The notes under the pieces were generated by a model. That model was not told where the DNA came from. It was given only the letters and a program-made list of their open reading frames with translations, and searched no databases. This document shows positions 1-8,232 of a stretch of DNA of 41,609 nt, one piece after another. The position numbers and the translations under genes are program-made. Source of the stretch: a virus (Duplodnaviria; Heunggongvirae; Uroviricota; Caudoviricetes); the IMG/VR virus record IMGVR_UViG_2939152649_000003; one strand, given 5' to 3'. Numbering within the stretch: the first letter of the stretch is position 1; every line of letters begins with the position of its first letter.

Positions 1-549
1 TCAGCTAGCTGGAAACTTTTTATACAGAGTTGAGAGCCCTACTCCATACGTTTTTGATACGCTTTGTCGTGATTCACCGGTTGCCATCCGCTCCCCCATT
101 TCCCGCCATTGCTCATCCGTGAACTTAGGCCTGCGACCACCAACTCGCCCTTTTGCCCTGGCTACGGCCAGCCCTGCTAAGGTACGTTCGCTATTAAGAT
201 CAGATTCATATTGTGCTGCGGAAAGGATGTTACGAAAGTTATAGCGGCCGCTGGCTGTTTTGAGATCCACGCCATCGGTAATACTGCGGAAGTTGATACC
301 CTTTTCCTGTAACTGCTGGAACATCAACAGCGCATGCAGAACGTTGCGGCCTATCCTGTCCAGCTTCCAGACCACCAGTTCATCCCCCGGCTGCATAGTG
401 GCGATCAGCCGTTTTAGAACCGGCCGATTCGATTTCCTCCCGCTGGCATGCTCTTCAAAAATTTTCTCACAACCCGCTGACTTGAGCGCCGTTAGTTGCA
501 ATTCAGTGTCCTGGTGGTTTGTTGATACTCGGGCATAACCGTAAATCAT
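1..549 (-). CDS. pin: Serine DNA invertase (Gin/Pin/Hin/Cin family)
   Basis: 182-aa product begins MIYGYARVSTNHQDTELQ (resolvase catalytic Ser motif) and ends with an HTH (SRQSVSKTYGVGLSTLYKK); strongly resembles Gin/Pin. ATG at 549 follows an AGGAGA RBS. The ORF-track start at 594 is an upstream extension. Confidence 0.9.
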   Translation of the reverse strand: MIYGYARVSTNHQDTELQLTALKSAGCEKIFEEHASGRKSNRPVLKRLIATMQPGDELVVWKLDRIGRNVLHALLMFQQLQEKGINFRSITDGVDLKTASGRYNFRNILSAAQYESDLNSERTLAGLAVARAKGRVGGRRPKFTDEQWREMGERMATGESRQSVSKTYGVGLSTLYKKFPAS

Positions 550-608
550 GGGATTTCTCCTGTTATGAAAACAGGAGAAACGGCGAAGCATCACCAGATT
601 TTTGATGG

Positions 609-634
609 TTATAAAAAAGGTTGGTTTGGGAGAG
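609..634. repeat. Invertase crossover site, left (gix/hix-like): TTATAAAAAAGG-TT-GGTTTGGGAGAG
   Basis: 26-bp site with AAACC/GGTTT-type half sites around a central TT dinucleotide. It is the imperfect inverted copy of the site at 2156..2181. Confidence 0.6.
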
Positions 635-970
635 GGAGCAAAATTAGGCGCAGCGGTGTGTGTGACCGGCTCTACAGGCTATATGACTATCCCGGCAATG
701 GTCGCCGGGAAAGAACGGGTGATCATATTGCAGTGGTTTGGTGCTGCTACAACTGATTATGTGACACCAGTAACTGCGAATTTCCCTATTGCATTCCCAA
801 ATGAGTGCATGATTCCGTTATTTAGTGATGTATCAACTGGGGCAGTTGATTTGAGTTCTACAGCCGCATATAGCTTAGCGGTGGGCCGATCATACTATAC
901 GACGGTAACAAGAACTCAGATTACATGTGCTGGCTACGGTGGCTTTAGAGTTTTCGCGATTGGATGGTGA
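623..970 (+). CDS. Alternative tail-fibre C-terminal variable segment (silent in this orientation; no N-terminus of its own)
   Basis: Open frame from the left crossover site to TGA at 968..970. Shares the FPIAFP motif with the expressed variable segment. The upstream M at 602 lies outside the invertible segment. Confidence 0.5.
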   Translation, partial: GLGEGAKLGAAVCVTGSTGYMTIPAMVAGKERVIILQWFGAATTDYVTPVTANFPIAFPNECMIPLFSDVSTGAVDLSSTAAYSLAVGRSYYTTVTRTQITCAGYGGFRVFAIGW

Positions 971-975
971 TTAAT

Positions 976-1395
976 ATGTTTTATTCTGCAAAAGAAAATG
1001 CGTTCTACGCTGATGAGCTAAAAAGTATTTATGAAAATGCAGGTAGCTGGCCTGACGATGCCGTTGAAGTAGACTATTCCGTATTCGTTGAGTTTGCCGG
1101 AGAATCACCTAACGGAAAATTACGCGCTCCTAATTCTGATGGTTTACCTGAATGGATAGATATTCCCGAACCAACTGAAGAGGAAATTATTGCGTTGGCA
1201 GAAGCCGAAAAATCGCGACTGCGTGCTTCAGCTGACTCTGAAATAGAATGGCGGCAGGACGCCGTTGATGCGGGGATCGCGACGGAAGAAGAAACTGTTT
1301 CATTAGCCGAATGGAAAAAATACCGGGTGCTGCTGATGCGAGTTGATACAGCAGACCCGGACTGGCCTACTCCTCCGGCGACTCAGGCCAGTTGA
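976..1395 (+). CDS. Tail fibre assembly protein (alternative copy)
   Basis: [28 protein letters not shown]... is a paralogue of the minus-strand copy ([30 protein letters not shown]). Start is coupled to the stop of the alternative fibre segment. Confidence 0.7.
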   Translation: MFYSAKENAFYADELKSIYENAGSWPDDAVEVDYSVFVEFAGESPNGKLRAPNSDGLPEWIDIPEPTEEEIIALAEAEKSRLRASADSEIEWRQDAVDAGIATEEETVSLAEWKKYRVLLMRVDTADPDWPTPPATQAS

Positions 1396-1798
1396 TATCT
1401 GGTGCGCTGGATATGTCCACAGATTCCAGCGCATCGAGATAATCCAGCCACTCGTTATACTGGGCCTTCTCGTCGTCTGTAAGTCGCCCCAGCGCAGCTT
1501 TACCCGGCCACTGCTTGCTGTTTATATACTCATTAGCCTGATCGATACGATACTGTTTTTCAGCTTCAGCTGCTGCGATTTCCTCCTCATGGCTTAAAGG
1601 TGGAATGTCTACCCATGCCGGCATTCCATCCTCAGTAGCTCCACGAGTTTTACCCTCTGGTGGCATCCCCGAATATTCAGTGAATGTCTCATCTGAGACG
1701 GCTATGAGATCGTCAGGCCAGTTTCTACTCGCTTCATAAACATCTCTGAGCTCATCAGGGTAGAAAGCGTTATTTAATGCTGAATAAAAATAAGCCAT
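1367..1798 (-). CDS. Tail fibre assembly protein (expressed orientation)
   Basis: 143-aa Tfa-like product directly downstream of the fibre gene. Its 3' end overlaps the alternative copy convergently by 29 bp. Confidence 0.75.
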   Translation of the reverse strand: MAYFYSALNNAFYPDELRDVYEASRNWPDDLIAVSDETFTEYSGMPPEGKTRGATEDGMPAWVDIPPLSHEEEIAAAEAEKQYRIDQANEYINSKQWPGKAALGRLTDDEKAQYNEWLDYLDALESVDISSAPDINWPESPEE

Positions 1799-1801
1799 TT
1801 A

Positions 1802-2437
1802 TTAATACCCCACAGCAAAATAGTTAAACCCGCCAGCGCCGATGGATGATTCAGCGTAGGTTCCTGTCTGATAAGCGCGTAGCTGGAAATTAGTTCTCGT
1901 AAAATCCTGGGCGGTTAACGCAAAACCTTGACCTGTACCCCCAACACTCTGGTCTGTTGCAACAACACATAGCGCCCTGGTTGGAAACGCAATCGGGAAT
2001 GATACTGTTTCTGGGGATGTTCTCGTTATGGCTATTGCCCATTGAAGAATTAACCCGCCTGGCAGGTATTGATACCCCGAATCGGCTCGCTGATTACCAA
2101 ATGAAGACATGTCCGGAATCTGTCCGGAACCAGTGCCAACATTTTTTTTTGCCGCATCTCCTAAACCAAGGTTTGTGGTAATCGCTGTCGCCAGCTTTGC
2201 CACCAGTCCATCAACGTCACCATCATCGAGCGCGTCCAGTTCGGCGTTCGCGATAAACTGCCCCAGTACAGCCGCCATCGTCGACGGTTGGCGCAGCGCT
2301 TTACTGACCTGTGCGCTGGATGCTTTACCCGAGGAGAATCCTTTCTTCAGTGCGGTTAGCGTCTCCCATTCCTCCTGCGAGGTAACATTTGCATTAGCAT
2401 CTGTCGCAAACGCTTTAAAATCATTAGTTCCAGCCAT
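1802..2437 (-). CDS. Tail fibre protein (constant N-terminus fused to invertible C-terminus)
   Basis: ATG at 2437 overlaps the upstream stop (TAATG coupling) and follows a GGGGGAG RBS. Gly/Ala-rich fibre-like sequence. The crossover site sits in the middle. The ORF-track start at 2455 is a possible alternative. Confidence 0.7.
   Translation of the reverse strand: MAGTNDFKAFATDANANVTSQEEWETLTALKKGFSSGKASSAQVSKALRQPSTMAAVLGQFIANAELDALDDGDVDGLVAKLATAITTNLGLGDAAKKNVGTGSGQIPDMSSFGNQRADSGYQYLPGGLILQWAIAITRTSPETVSFPIAFPTRALCVVATDQSVGGTGQGFALTAQDFTRTNFQLRAYQTGTYAESSIGAGGFNYFAVGY
2156..2181. repeat. Invertase crossover site, right (gix/hix-like): ATCTCCTAAACC-AA-GGTTTGTGGTAA
   Basis: Contains the hix-like core AAACCAAGGTTT. 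Its reverse complement aligns with the left site (GGTTTrGGAGA half sites) and has the same central dinucleotide. It lies inside the tail-fibre coding sequence at ...ITTNLGLGD. Confidence 0.65.
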
Positions 2438-3117
2438 TAAAGTAATCTCCCCCATGCGCCGTCATCAAAACCGGCGATGTATTCGTTATCCATGTCAAAT
2501 CCAAAGAATTTTGTTCCTTCGGACGGTGTTTCAACCGAAGGCATTTCAACATCACCGGCCCAGACGCCAGCGGCTTTAACGGTGAGATAGCCCTGTTTGA
2601 TAGCGGCGATCAGTTCGAGAGACACATCAGAAATATCAGTCTCGGGAAATACCCAGACCGATATCGTCATGTCCTGATTGTCGACGATCTGCATCTTCAG
2701 GCCCGAACCCACTGTGGCAGTGTCAAGAATGTCCGGAAGCGAGTCGTTACGCCCGTCCCAGTTGTTAATAGCGATTTTTGCTTTCAGAATAGTGCGATAG
2801 GTATCATCGCTAAGCGTCGTATAGCCGGAGTCAGGATCATATGGCCCCTGCCATACGCCCTGGTCATATCCGAGCCCCTCCGTGTCCCAACTGAAATAAA
2901 CGCCACTAATGGGCTGGCTGACTATACGGCTACGTCCAATCCAGAGTCCGAGAATATCGAGTTGCACGCCAACAGCCGTATCAATGTCAAACGCACTCAC
3001 CAGGCCCCTTGTGGCTGACGTGATATCAATCAGGGGACGGGTACTAAGATCGATGTGATCGAGGTATTTCGGCTTAGTGGCGTGGTAGTTAGTGATTAGA
3101 TCCGTGTACCTACTCAT
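2437..3117 (-). CDS. Baseplate/tail protein (gpI-like)
   Basis: 226-aa ORF between the baseplate J-like gene and the fibre gene, which is the typical gpI position. Overlaps the J-like gene by 4 bp. Confidence 0.5.
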   Translation of the reverse strand: MSRYTDLITNYHATKPKYLDHIDLSTRPLIDITSATRGLVSAFDIDTAVGVQLDILGLWIGRSRIVSQPISGVYFSWDTEGLGYDQGVWQGPYDPDSGYTTLSDDTYRTILKAKIAINNWDGRNDSLPDILDTATVGSGLKMQIVDNQDMTISVWVFPETDISDVSLELIAAIKQGYLTVKAAGVWAGDVEMPSVETPSEGTKFFGFDMDNEYIAGFDDGAWGRLL

Positions 3118-4313
3118 GACGTCACCGTGATAACGATGTTTGCCGGTTTACATGAAGCTGATTCGTCGTAGGCTATGGTTATGTTTGCCGATGCTACGGA
3201 TCCTGCTGATTTACCGATGAGTAATTCCTGGATGTCGTAATAACGCGCGCTACCGCCGCTGACCACCCCGAGGTTGGCAGGTGAATAAATGCGGCTCAGC
3301 AGCACCGAATCACCGATCGTCAGGTCGTTGATGTAATCCGCAACGGCCTGCTGAATCTCCTTACCTATTTGTGATGTGTAACCCGCGAAAGCTTTCAGCG
3401 TTATATGTCCATAAATAGGAACATCCGTTGACCGGGAGAAGCGAATCACATGGGGATTACCGTATTTATCCGGCACCGTGACGGCTGTCGCACCATACGT
3501 TGACACCCCCTGCCCCTTATTGCCCCGGATGGCCTGGGCGATTTCAGTCAGATCGCCGCCATCCACGATGGCAGAGATAGAGTGTGGCGGCAGCCCATTA
3601 CTGTCGGTCGTGCCGGTATCATTCTCGTAGAGCTTGTGACGTGTAACCCCTGCAACGTTCACTATCGCGCCGTCCACCCCTTCAAACGGCGTGATGGAGG
3701 GTAGCGCGACACTCTGCCCCTGCCGGATGCGCAGCTCTGCGTCGGTTTCCGCCGGGGATCCGACGGTGGCCGCCGCGGGGTTAGTTACCGAAGTCCAGCC
3801 GCGGGTCGGTGTGTTAATGGTCGTGACCGTTCCGGACAGCGCGGCCACTGCGCCGCTATTTGAGCAGGTGGCAGTGACCGTCGCCGTCCCGTCTAAACCA
3901 ATTACCACGGAAGCCGGCATGCTCCAGACCAGGCCATTCTTATCCCTGACGGAGCCATTCGAAATGGTCGTACCGGCCGCGCCGGTAAGCAGCAAATCAA
4001 CCGTTGAGTTGGTAGCCGTTCTCCTTTTAATACCGTTTATTTTCACGTTCTTGCTCAGCCCTGCGCCATAAGCGGTGGCAGGCGAAAAGCTGTTGTAAAC
4101 AGCAATGGCCGTGTTGTTAGCATCGTGAATAGCCAGGGCCACCAGCGCCACCATCTGCCCGTCTTTGCTGTCAGGATCCAGATAAGCATCGCTGCCATAT
4201 ATCTGCTTAAAGTAGTTGGTCAGGGTGTCCAGTATTGTCTGGTAATCAGGCGCGCTGATCCCCTCAGCGGTTACCGTTGCCGATAAGCCGAGCGTGTCCA
4301 AATTGAGGGCCAT
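3114..4313 (-). CDS. Baseplate J-like protein
   Basis: 399-aa ORF. Size, position and sequence character fit the baseplate J family. Confidence 0.65.
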   Translation of the reverse strand: MALNLDTLGLSATVTAEGISAPDYQTILDTLTNYFKQIYGSDAYLDPDSKDGQMVALVALAIHDANNTAIAVYNSFSPATAYGAGLSKNVKINGIKRRTATNSTVDLLLTGAAGTTISNGSVRDKNGLVWSMPASVVIGLDGTATVTATCSNSGAVAALSGTVTTINTPTRGWTSVTNPAAATVGSPAETDAELRIRQGQSVALPSITPFEGVDGAIVNVAGVTRHKLYENDTGTTDSNGLPPHSISAIVDGGDLTEIAQAIRGNKGQGVSTYGATAVTVPDKYGNPHVIRFSRSTDVPIYGHITLKAFAGYTSQIGKEIQQAVADYINDLTIGDSVLLSRIYSPANLGVVSGGSARYYDIQELLIGKSAGSVASANITIAYDESASCKPANIVITVTS

Positions 4314-4667
4314 TTATGCCTCGCTGGTAAGGGTGGTTTGTCCGTAGATAGTGTTTATGGTGGCTGTGAACGTTACCCGGCGTGTCGTGCTTTCATTCAC
4401 GGTATCAAAGGCCAGTATGGACAGAACGCCAGGTGTGGTGCTGATGCGATCCCTGATCGCAAGGTTATAAACCTCAGGCCTTTGCTTTCCCAGAACCGAC
4501 TGGATATAGGGTGTGCCCTCGGTTGTGTCCAGAAACCATTGCCCCTTCCACAGTTCAAAGCGCGTTTTAACGGCCTGGGCCACGCACTCGGGTGAGTTGA
4601 CCAGAAAGGTGTCATCGCCCTGGCCGAAGGTGTAGTCCCCGTCGTCGTCTTCGCGTCGGTATCGCAT
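4314..4667 (-). CDS. Baseplate wedge protein (gpW/gp25-like or Mu gp46-like)
   Basis: 117-aa ORF between the V-like and J-like genes. Confidence 0.45.
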   Translation of the reverse strand: MRYRREDDDGDYTFGQGDDTFLVNSPECVAQAVKTRFELWKGQWFLDTTEGTPYIQSVLGKQRPEVYNLAIRDRISTTPGVLSILAFDTVNESTTRRVTFTATINTIYGQTTLTSEA

Positions 4668-4669
4668 AA

Positions 4670-5323
4670 TTACCCTCCCAGTGGTTTCGTATTGCTGCCG
4701 CCGACTTCCACGCCGCCATGCGTATGCTTATCAACCATGGAGCCATCCACCAGCTGCAGGCGGCCGTCAGGCAGAATTTTCAGACCGTTAAGGTTGAAGC
4801 CTCCCGGCGCGGTTCCCGTTATCGCTCCGGATGAAGGGTTAAGGCTCAGTTTTGTTCCACCGTCGTCACTGCGCAGTTCAACCGCACTGGTACTGATGCT
4901 GCTGATTTTCTGCGCCTGCGACTGCGGACCCACAATGGCAAACGCATCACTCAGGTCATGCTGGCGCGGGTCAACCGGTTCCTGCACCCCGCCGCTCTGC
5001 CACCAGAAGTCGATGCAGCGATCGGAGAAGACCAGGAGGCACTCGTCACCGGCCTTTACCGGGAAGGTTAACGTGCAGCCACCGCCGCGGGGGAACACCA
5101 CTGGAACGTCTGGCAAAATCGGTATCTCCTCAGAAACCAGAGCGCCATCGTCGCTGAGCCGCTGACCGTAGATGGCTGGCTGCACGGTGCATGTCACTGT
5201 TTCAGGGTCAAAGGACTGGATGATCCCCGGCAAAGCCACGCGCAGGCTGCCGAAAATGGCGTGGCGGTGCGCCTCAAGAGTCTGCGATTCGTTGCCGTCC
5301 TGCGCGCGGGCTGATACTGGCAT
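4670..5323 (-). CDS. Baseplate assembly protein V-like (spike/hub)
   Basis: Likely start MPVSARAQ at 5323 with a GGAGAAA RBS. The ORF-track start at 5371 would read through the upstream terminator hairpin. Gly-rich C-terminus with HTHGG. Confidence 0.6.
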   Translation of the reverse strand: MPVSARAQDGNESQTLEAHRHAIFGSLRVALPGIIQSFDPETVTCTVQPAIYGQRLSDDGALVSEEIPILPDVPVVFPRGGGCTLTFPVKAGDECLLVFSDRCIDFWWQSGGVQEPVDPRQHDLSDAFAIVGPQSQAQKISSISTSAVELRSDDGGTKLSLNPSSGAITGTAPGGFNLNGLKILPDGRLQLVDGSMVDKHTHGGVEVGGSNTKPLGG

Positions 5324-5334
5324 AGCTTTCTCCA

Positions 5335-5362
5335 GGTAATAAAAAACCCGCCGAGGCGGGTT
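5335..5362 (-). terminator. Intrinsic terminator (minus strand) closing the moron block
   Basis: Minus strand reads AACCCGC-CTCG-GCGGGTT followed by TTTTTTATTACC, immediately upstream of the gene V RBS. Confidence 0.45.
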
Positions 5363-5541
5363 ACTGATCAAATGTCAGGATTTGAGGGTGAGTTAATGCG
5401 TGCTATTTATCTTCATTGCAGCTCTTAATATAGGTTTTGCTTAGAACCACGGTAACGTCGTGATTTGTAGCAAGATACAGGCTGCTAAGGAAAAGCCGGT
5501 AGGCAATTTTTAGCTTCTCTCGATAGGGGCCTGAAACCTTT

Positions 5542-5787
5542 ATGCCAAAATCAGAAACAACCATAAAATTTACTCCAGCTATTTGGAAAGAGTTACTTCC
5601 TGTAATCCAGGATAACATACCCGCTAATGACTATGTAGTAAGTAAAAGAGTCAGAACGGGTGATTCTCCTGGCGCTATTGGCACAATTCTCGAAATATCT
5701 ATTACCGTTATCACATCATCACCAGCTTGTATCGCCATTGCATCGATAGCGAGAAAATGGTTACAGACCAGATCATCAAAAAAATAA
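5542..5787 (+). CDS. Hypothetical protein (AT-rich moron); the -1 frame continues open to 5891
   Basis: 81-aa ORF ending ...SSKK at an A7 run (5778..5784) followed by TAA. The -1 frame stays open for 35 more codons and stops just before a plus-strand terminator. Minus-strand ORFs 5403..5618 and 5631..5822 overlap it and are read as antisense shadows. Confidence 0.35.
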   Translation: MPKSETTIKFTPAIWKELLPVIQDNIPANDYVVSKRVRTGDSPGAIGTILEISITVITSSPACIAIASIARKWLQTRSSKK

Positions 5788-5895
5788 CGGTAACCACTGA
5801 AAAAGGTACGATCGAAATACAAAATCTGACATCAAAGGTGCTTTCAGAAGTACTGGAGCAGTACAAAATTATAAGTTTTAAAGACGAGTAACTGA

Positions 5896-5922
5896 GCGCC
5901 GGTAGTTCCGGCGCCTTTATTA
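5896..5922 (+). terminator. Intrinsic terminator (plus strand)
   Basis: GCGCCGG-TAGTT-CCGGCGC followed by CTTTATT, 5 bp after the stop of the -1-frame extension. Confidence 0.45.
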
Positions 5923-5924
5923 AA

Positions 5925-6281
5925 TCACTTAGCCTTCACGCAGTCGTAAGTTCCAAACACTCGAGGTTCATTCATGTTCATTCTGATGGCCTCGGCATTG
6001 AGTATCCCTCTCCCATTGCGTTTTATATAATCAAGACCATAGCGCTGCCCAGAATTCTCATTCATGACAATCCATTGCATTTTAATATTGTCATAATCTC
6101 CCTCTTTTTTGAGGAATGTCACCTTCTGACTATCAGGCTTTGCTCCGTTTATCCTCGGATATCCGTCGTTGCTTGATGAGGTTGAGAAAGTAAAGGGACC
6201 ACACTTCATATAAGCGGTGTTTGCCGCTGTAGAAGAAAAACTGACGAATGCTAAAGAAACCAAAAAAAGTATTTTTTTCAT
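5925..6281 (-). CDS. Secreted hypothetical protein (moron with signal peptide)
   Basis: N-terminus MKKILFLVSLAFVSFSSTAA is a typical Sec signal peptide. AT-rich codon usage unlike the flanking baseplate genes. ATGA start/stop overlap with the upstream gene. Confidence 0.6.
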   Translation of the reverse strand: MKKILFLVSLAFVSFSSTAANTAYMKCGPFTFSTSSSNDGYPRINGAKPDSQKVTFLKKEGDYDNIKMQWIVMNENSGQRYGLDYIKRNGRGILNAEAIRMNMNEPRVFGTYDCVKAK

Positions 6282-7348
6282 TGTGGAGCCGTTCGCTGTA
6301 GGGCCGTATTCGATTGTAAATCACGCGCCCCTCTGGCCATACACATGAGATCCATATACCACGGATTCCCTCTCGTATCGCCGGTGTAGCTGATTGACTG
6401 AACTATGTAAACGCCATCAGTTGCCACACTGGCGGGCTGCGCAAGCGTCGCGCTGCCTGTACTAAGATTACCATTATCATTTGCCTCAGTAATCCTTGCC
6501 TGTGATCTTTGGATCTCATCGTTCGGTAATTGCGAGCGATACACCGAGTCCTGGTTCAACTGAATAAGCCCGTTAACCCGAATGTTTGGATTAATGAGAC
6601 AGCGCACATTAACGCCTGCCCCCATGGTTTGCTGAGGCATACCGACCAGGCCAGTTTTGGTGTTAAGCACGATCGCTTCATGGAGATATTTATTCTCAGG
6701 CACCATTTGCAGCTGGCCGTCGACAAATTGCCAGTTAGCCTCGCACTGCGCCGCTAGGTTGCTCATGTAGTCGCGCGTTGCGCCGAAGAAGACGCGACCG
6801 CGTGGCATCACCCTGTCAGGGAACTGCCCGGTGATGCCCTGGGTGATGCCGTAAGGCGAAAAGTCCTTCATCAGAAGTGTATGCACGTCGGCAAGCTTAT
6901 ATCCTGCCGCCAGGCTGCCGGACGATACGGCTTCGTTGAACGCCTTATGACCATCTACCGACTGAATTAGCGTAAAAATATCGGTAGGATTATCGCGCCC
7001 GGTTATCGTAAAACGAATCTCCCCATCAAAAATGACTCCGTAATTTTGCCCGCGCGTCTGGCCGGTTTGCTCAGATGAAATCTCGGTAACCTGCCCAACC
7101 TCGCTTTCAGTAACCGTCGGCGCCAGGCCGTTATAACCGGCTATGATGGTAATGCGAGAAAACTCATCCCCCGTAATCCGGGTGATTGTGTCACGCTTGA
7201 GGTTGTAAATTTTAAGCGTCGCCACACGTGGCCACATCGAGTTAAACCAGTCGATTGCGAAGGTAACTTTAAAGTCCGACAGGGATATGCCATTCCCCTT
7301 GTCGTTCAGAAGCCGCAGTTCAAAATGGCGATTCCAGTTAATAGTCAT
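6278..7348 (-). CDS. Tail/baseplate hub-like protein
   Basis: 356-aa ORF in the baseplate cluster downstream of the tape measure gene. Assigned by position and size only. Confidence 0.45.
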   Translation of the reverse strand: MTINWNRHFELRLLNDKGNGISLSDFKVTFAIDWFNSMWPRVATLKIYNLKRDTITRITGDEFSRITIIAGYNGLAPTVTESEVGQVTEISSEQTGQTRGQNYGVIFDGEIRFTITGRDNPTDIFTLIQSVDGHKAFNEAVSSGSLAAGYKLADVHTLLMKDFSPYGITQGITGQFPDRVMPRGRVFFGATRDYMSNLAAQCEANWQFVDGQLQMVPENKYLHEAIVLNTKTGLVGMPQQTMGAGVNVRCLINPNIRVNGLIQLNQDSVYRSQLPNDEIQRSQARITEANDNGNLSTGSATLAQPASVATDGVYIVQSISYTGDTRGNPWYMDLMCMARGARDLQSNTALQRTAPQ

Positions 7349-7351
7349 GGG

Positions 7352-7657
7352 CTATTCCTGAACAAAATAAAGATGGCTCGAGGCACCAAGGTTTGTTTTC
7401 GTCGGGTATTCAGGGGCTCCGTTGTCTGTCATGACCACCAGTGCGCCAGATATCCCCAGATCCGGATACTGAGCCAAAAGGTTAACCCCCGGCACCAGGG
7501 GGACGCCCATTAACAGAGGCTGCGCGCCGCTATCCATAACGTCCATTATCCAGCCAGCATCGTCGCGCCATAGCACGCGGAGCGTGTAGCTTATGTCGCC
7601 CAGGGTGATGCGAAACTCCTGGTTATCAGGGATCATCGGAATCTCATTAACGCTCAT
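7352..7657 (-). CDS. Tail-associated hypothetical protein
   Basis: 101-aa ORF, coupled within the tail operon. Confidence 0.4.
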   Translation of the reverse strand: MSVNEIPMIPDNQEFRITLGDISYTLRVLWRDDAGWIMDVMDSGAQPLLMGVPLVPGVNLLAQYPDLGISGALVVMTDNGAPEYPTKTNLGASSHLYFVQE

Positions 7658-8232
7658 TATCCCCTCGCAAAATCGGCTATCTTTTGAATTACAGATGAGC
7701 TGCTGGTCGGCACCAGAGATTTCATCCCTGTATTCTGTACTGGCGCGGTGCTGACTCCCTCCTGCATGTTGGCCTTATCCGTAACAGTGATGCTCTGCGT
7801 ATCCGACATGATCACTTCCCGCAGCGTCAGAACGCATGACAGCACATTTTCGCTGGTTCGGTCCGTCGTGGCCTCGATAGCGCGTATCAGCATATTGCTG
7901 TAGGTGCGCTTGCCGGTAACAACATCAAACGGCACCCGGGATTTCTGCAGATCCAGCAACTGCTGATAAATCTCCCTTGGGCTCTCGCCAACCCGCAAGC
8001 CTATGCTGGACAGATTTACCAGGTCGAGTACCGACCCGCCGCCGGCAAACCCGCACTCCATAGTGACCTCGCTGGCGCGCTTATAGGCGTGGTCGTTTAT
8101 GGCGGCGCCAAACTCCACCGGATGTTCAGTGATTTCCAGGGCATCAACATGCTTCTCCGACACCACCACGTCAGGTACAAAAATACCTATTTTCCGAGAC
8201 TGCAGCCGGAAGATGACCGATAAAATATCCAT
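7657..8232 (-). CDS. Tail-associated protein (distal tail/baseplate)
   Basis: 191-aa ORF. Its ATG overlaps the tape-measure stop (ATGA). Confidence 0.45.
   Translation of the reverse strand: MDILSVIFRLQSRKIGIFVPDVVVSEKHVDALEITEHPVEFGAAINDHAYKRASEVTMECGFAGGGSVLDLVNLSSIGLRVGESPREIYQQLLDLQKSRVPFDVVTGKRTYSNMLIRAIEATTDRTSENVLSCVLTLREVIMSDTQSITVTDKANMQEGVSTAPVQNTGMKSLVPTSSSSVIQKIADFARG

Larger units (their letters stand above)
609..2181. other. Invertible tail-fibre host-range segment (Mu G / e14 P-region type), about 1.55 kb
   Basis: Inverted crossover sites flank two alternative fibre C-terminal segments and two convergent tail-fibre-assembly genes, next to a Gin/Pin-type invertase. Both junctions keep the reading frame (ITTNL|GLGD now, ITTNL|[11 protein letters not shown] after inversion). 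Confidence 0.6.

Noticed and set aside
560-600. Hairpin TCTCCTGT-N7-ACAGGAGA between the invertase start and the left crossover site as a terminator
   Set aside because: No U-tract on either strand. It overlaps the invertase RBS and is more likely a translational or structural element, if it is functional at all.
5403-5822. Two minus-strand ORFs (5403..5618 and 5631..5822) in the same frame separated by one TAG
   Set aside because: They are antisense to the more protein-like plus-strand ORF and rich in Phe/Tyr/Leu codons from AT-rich antisense. The in-frame amber is noted but the plus-strand reading is preferred.
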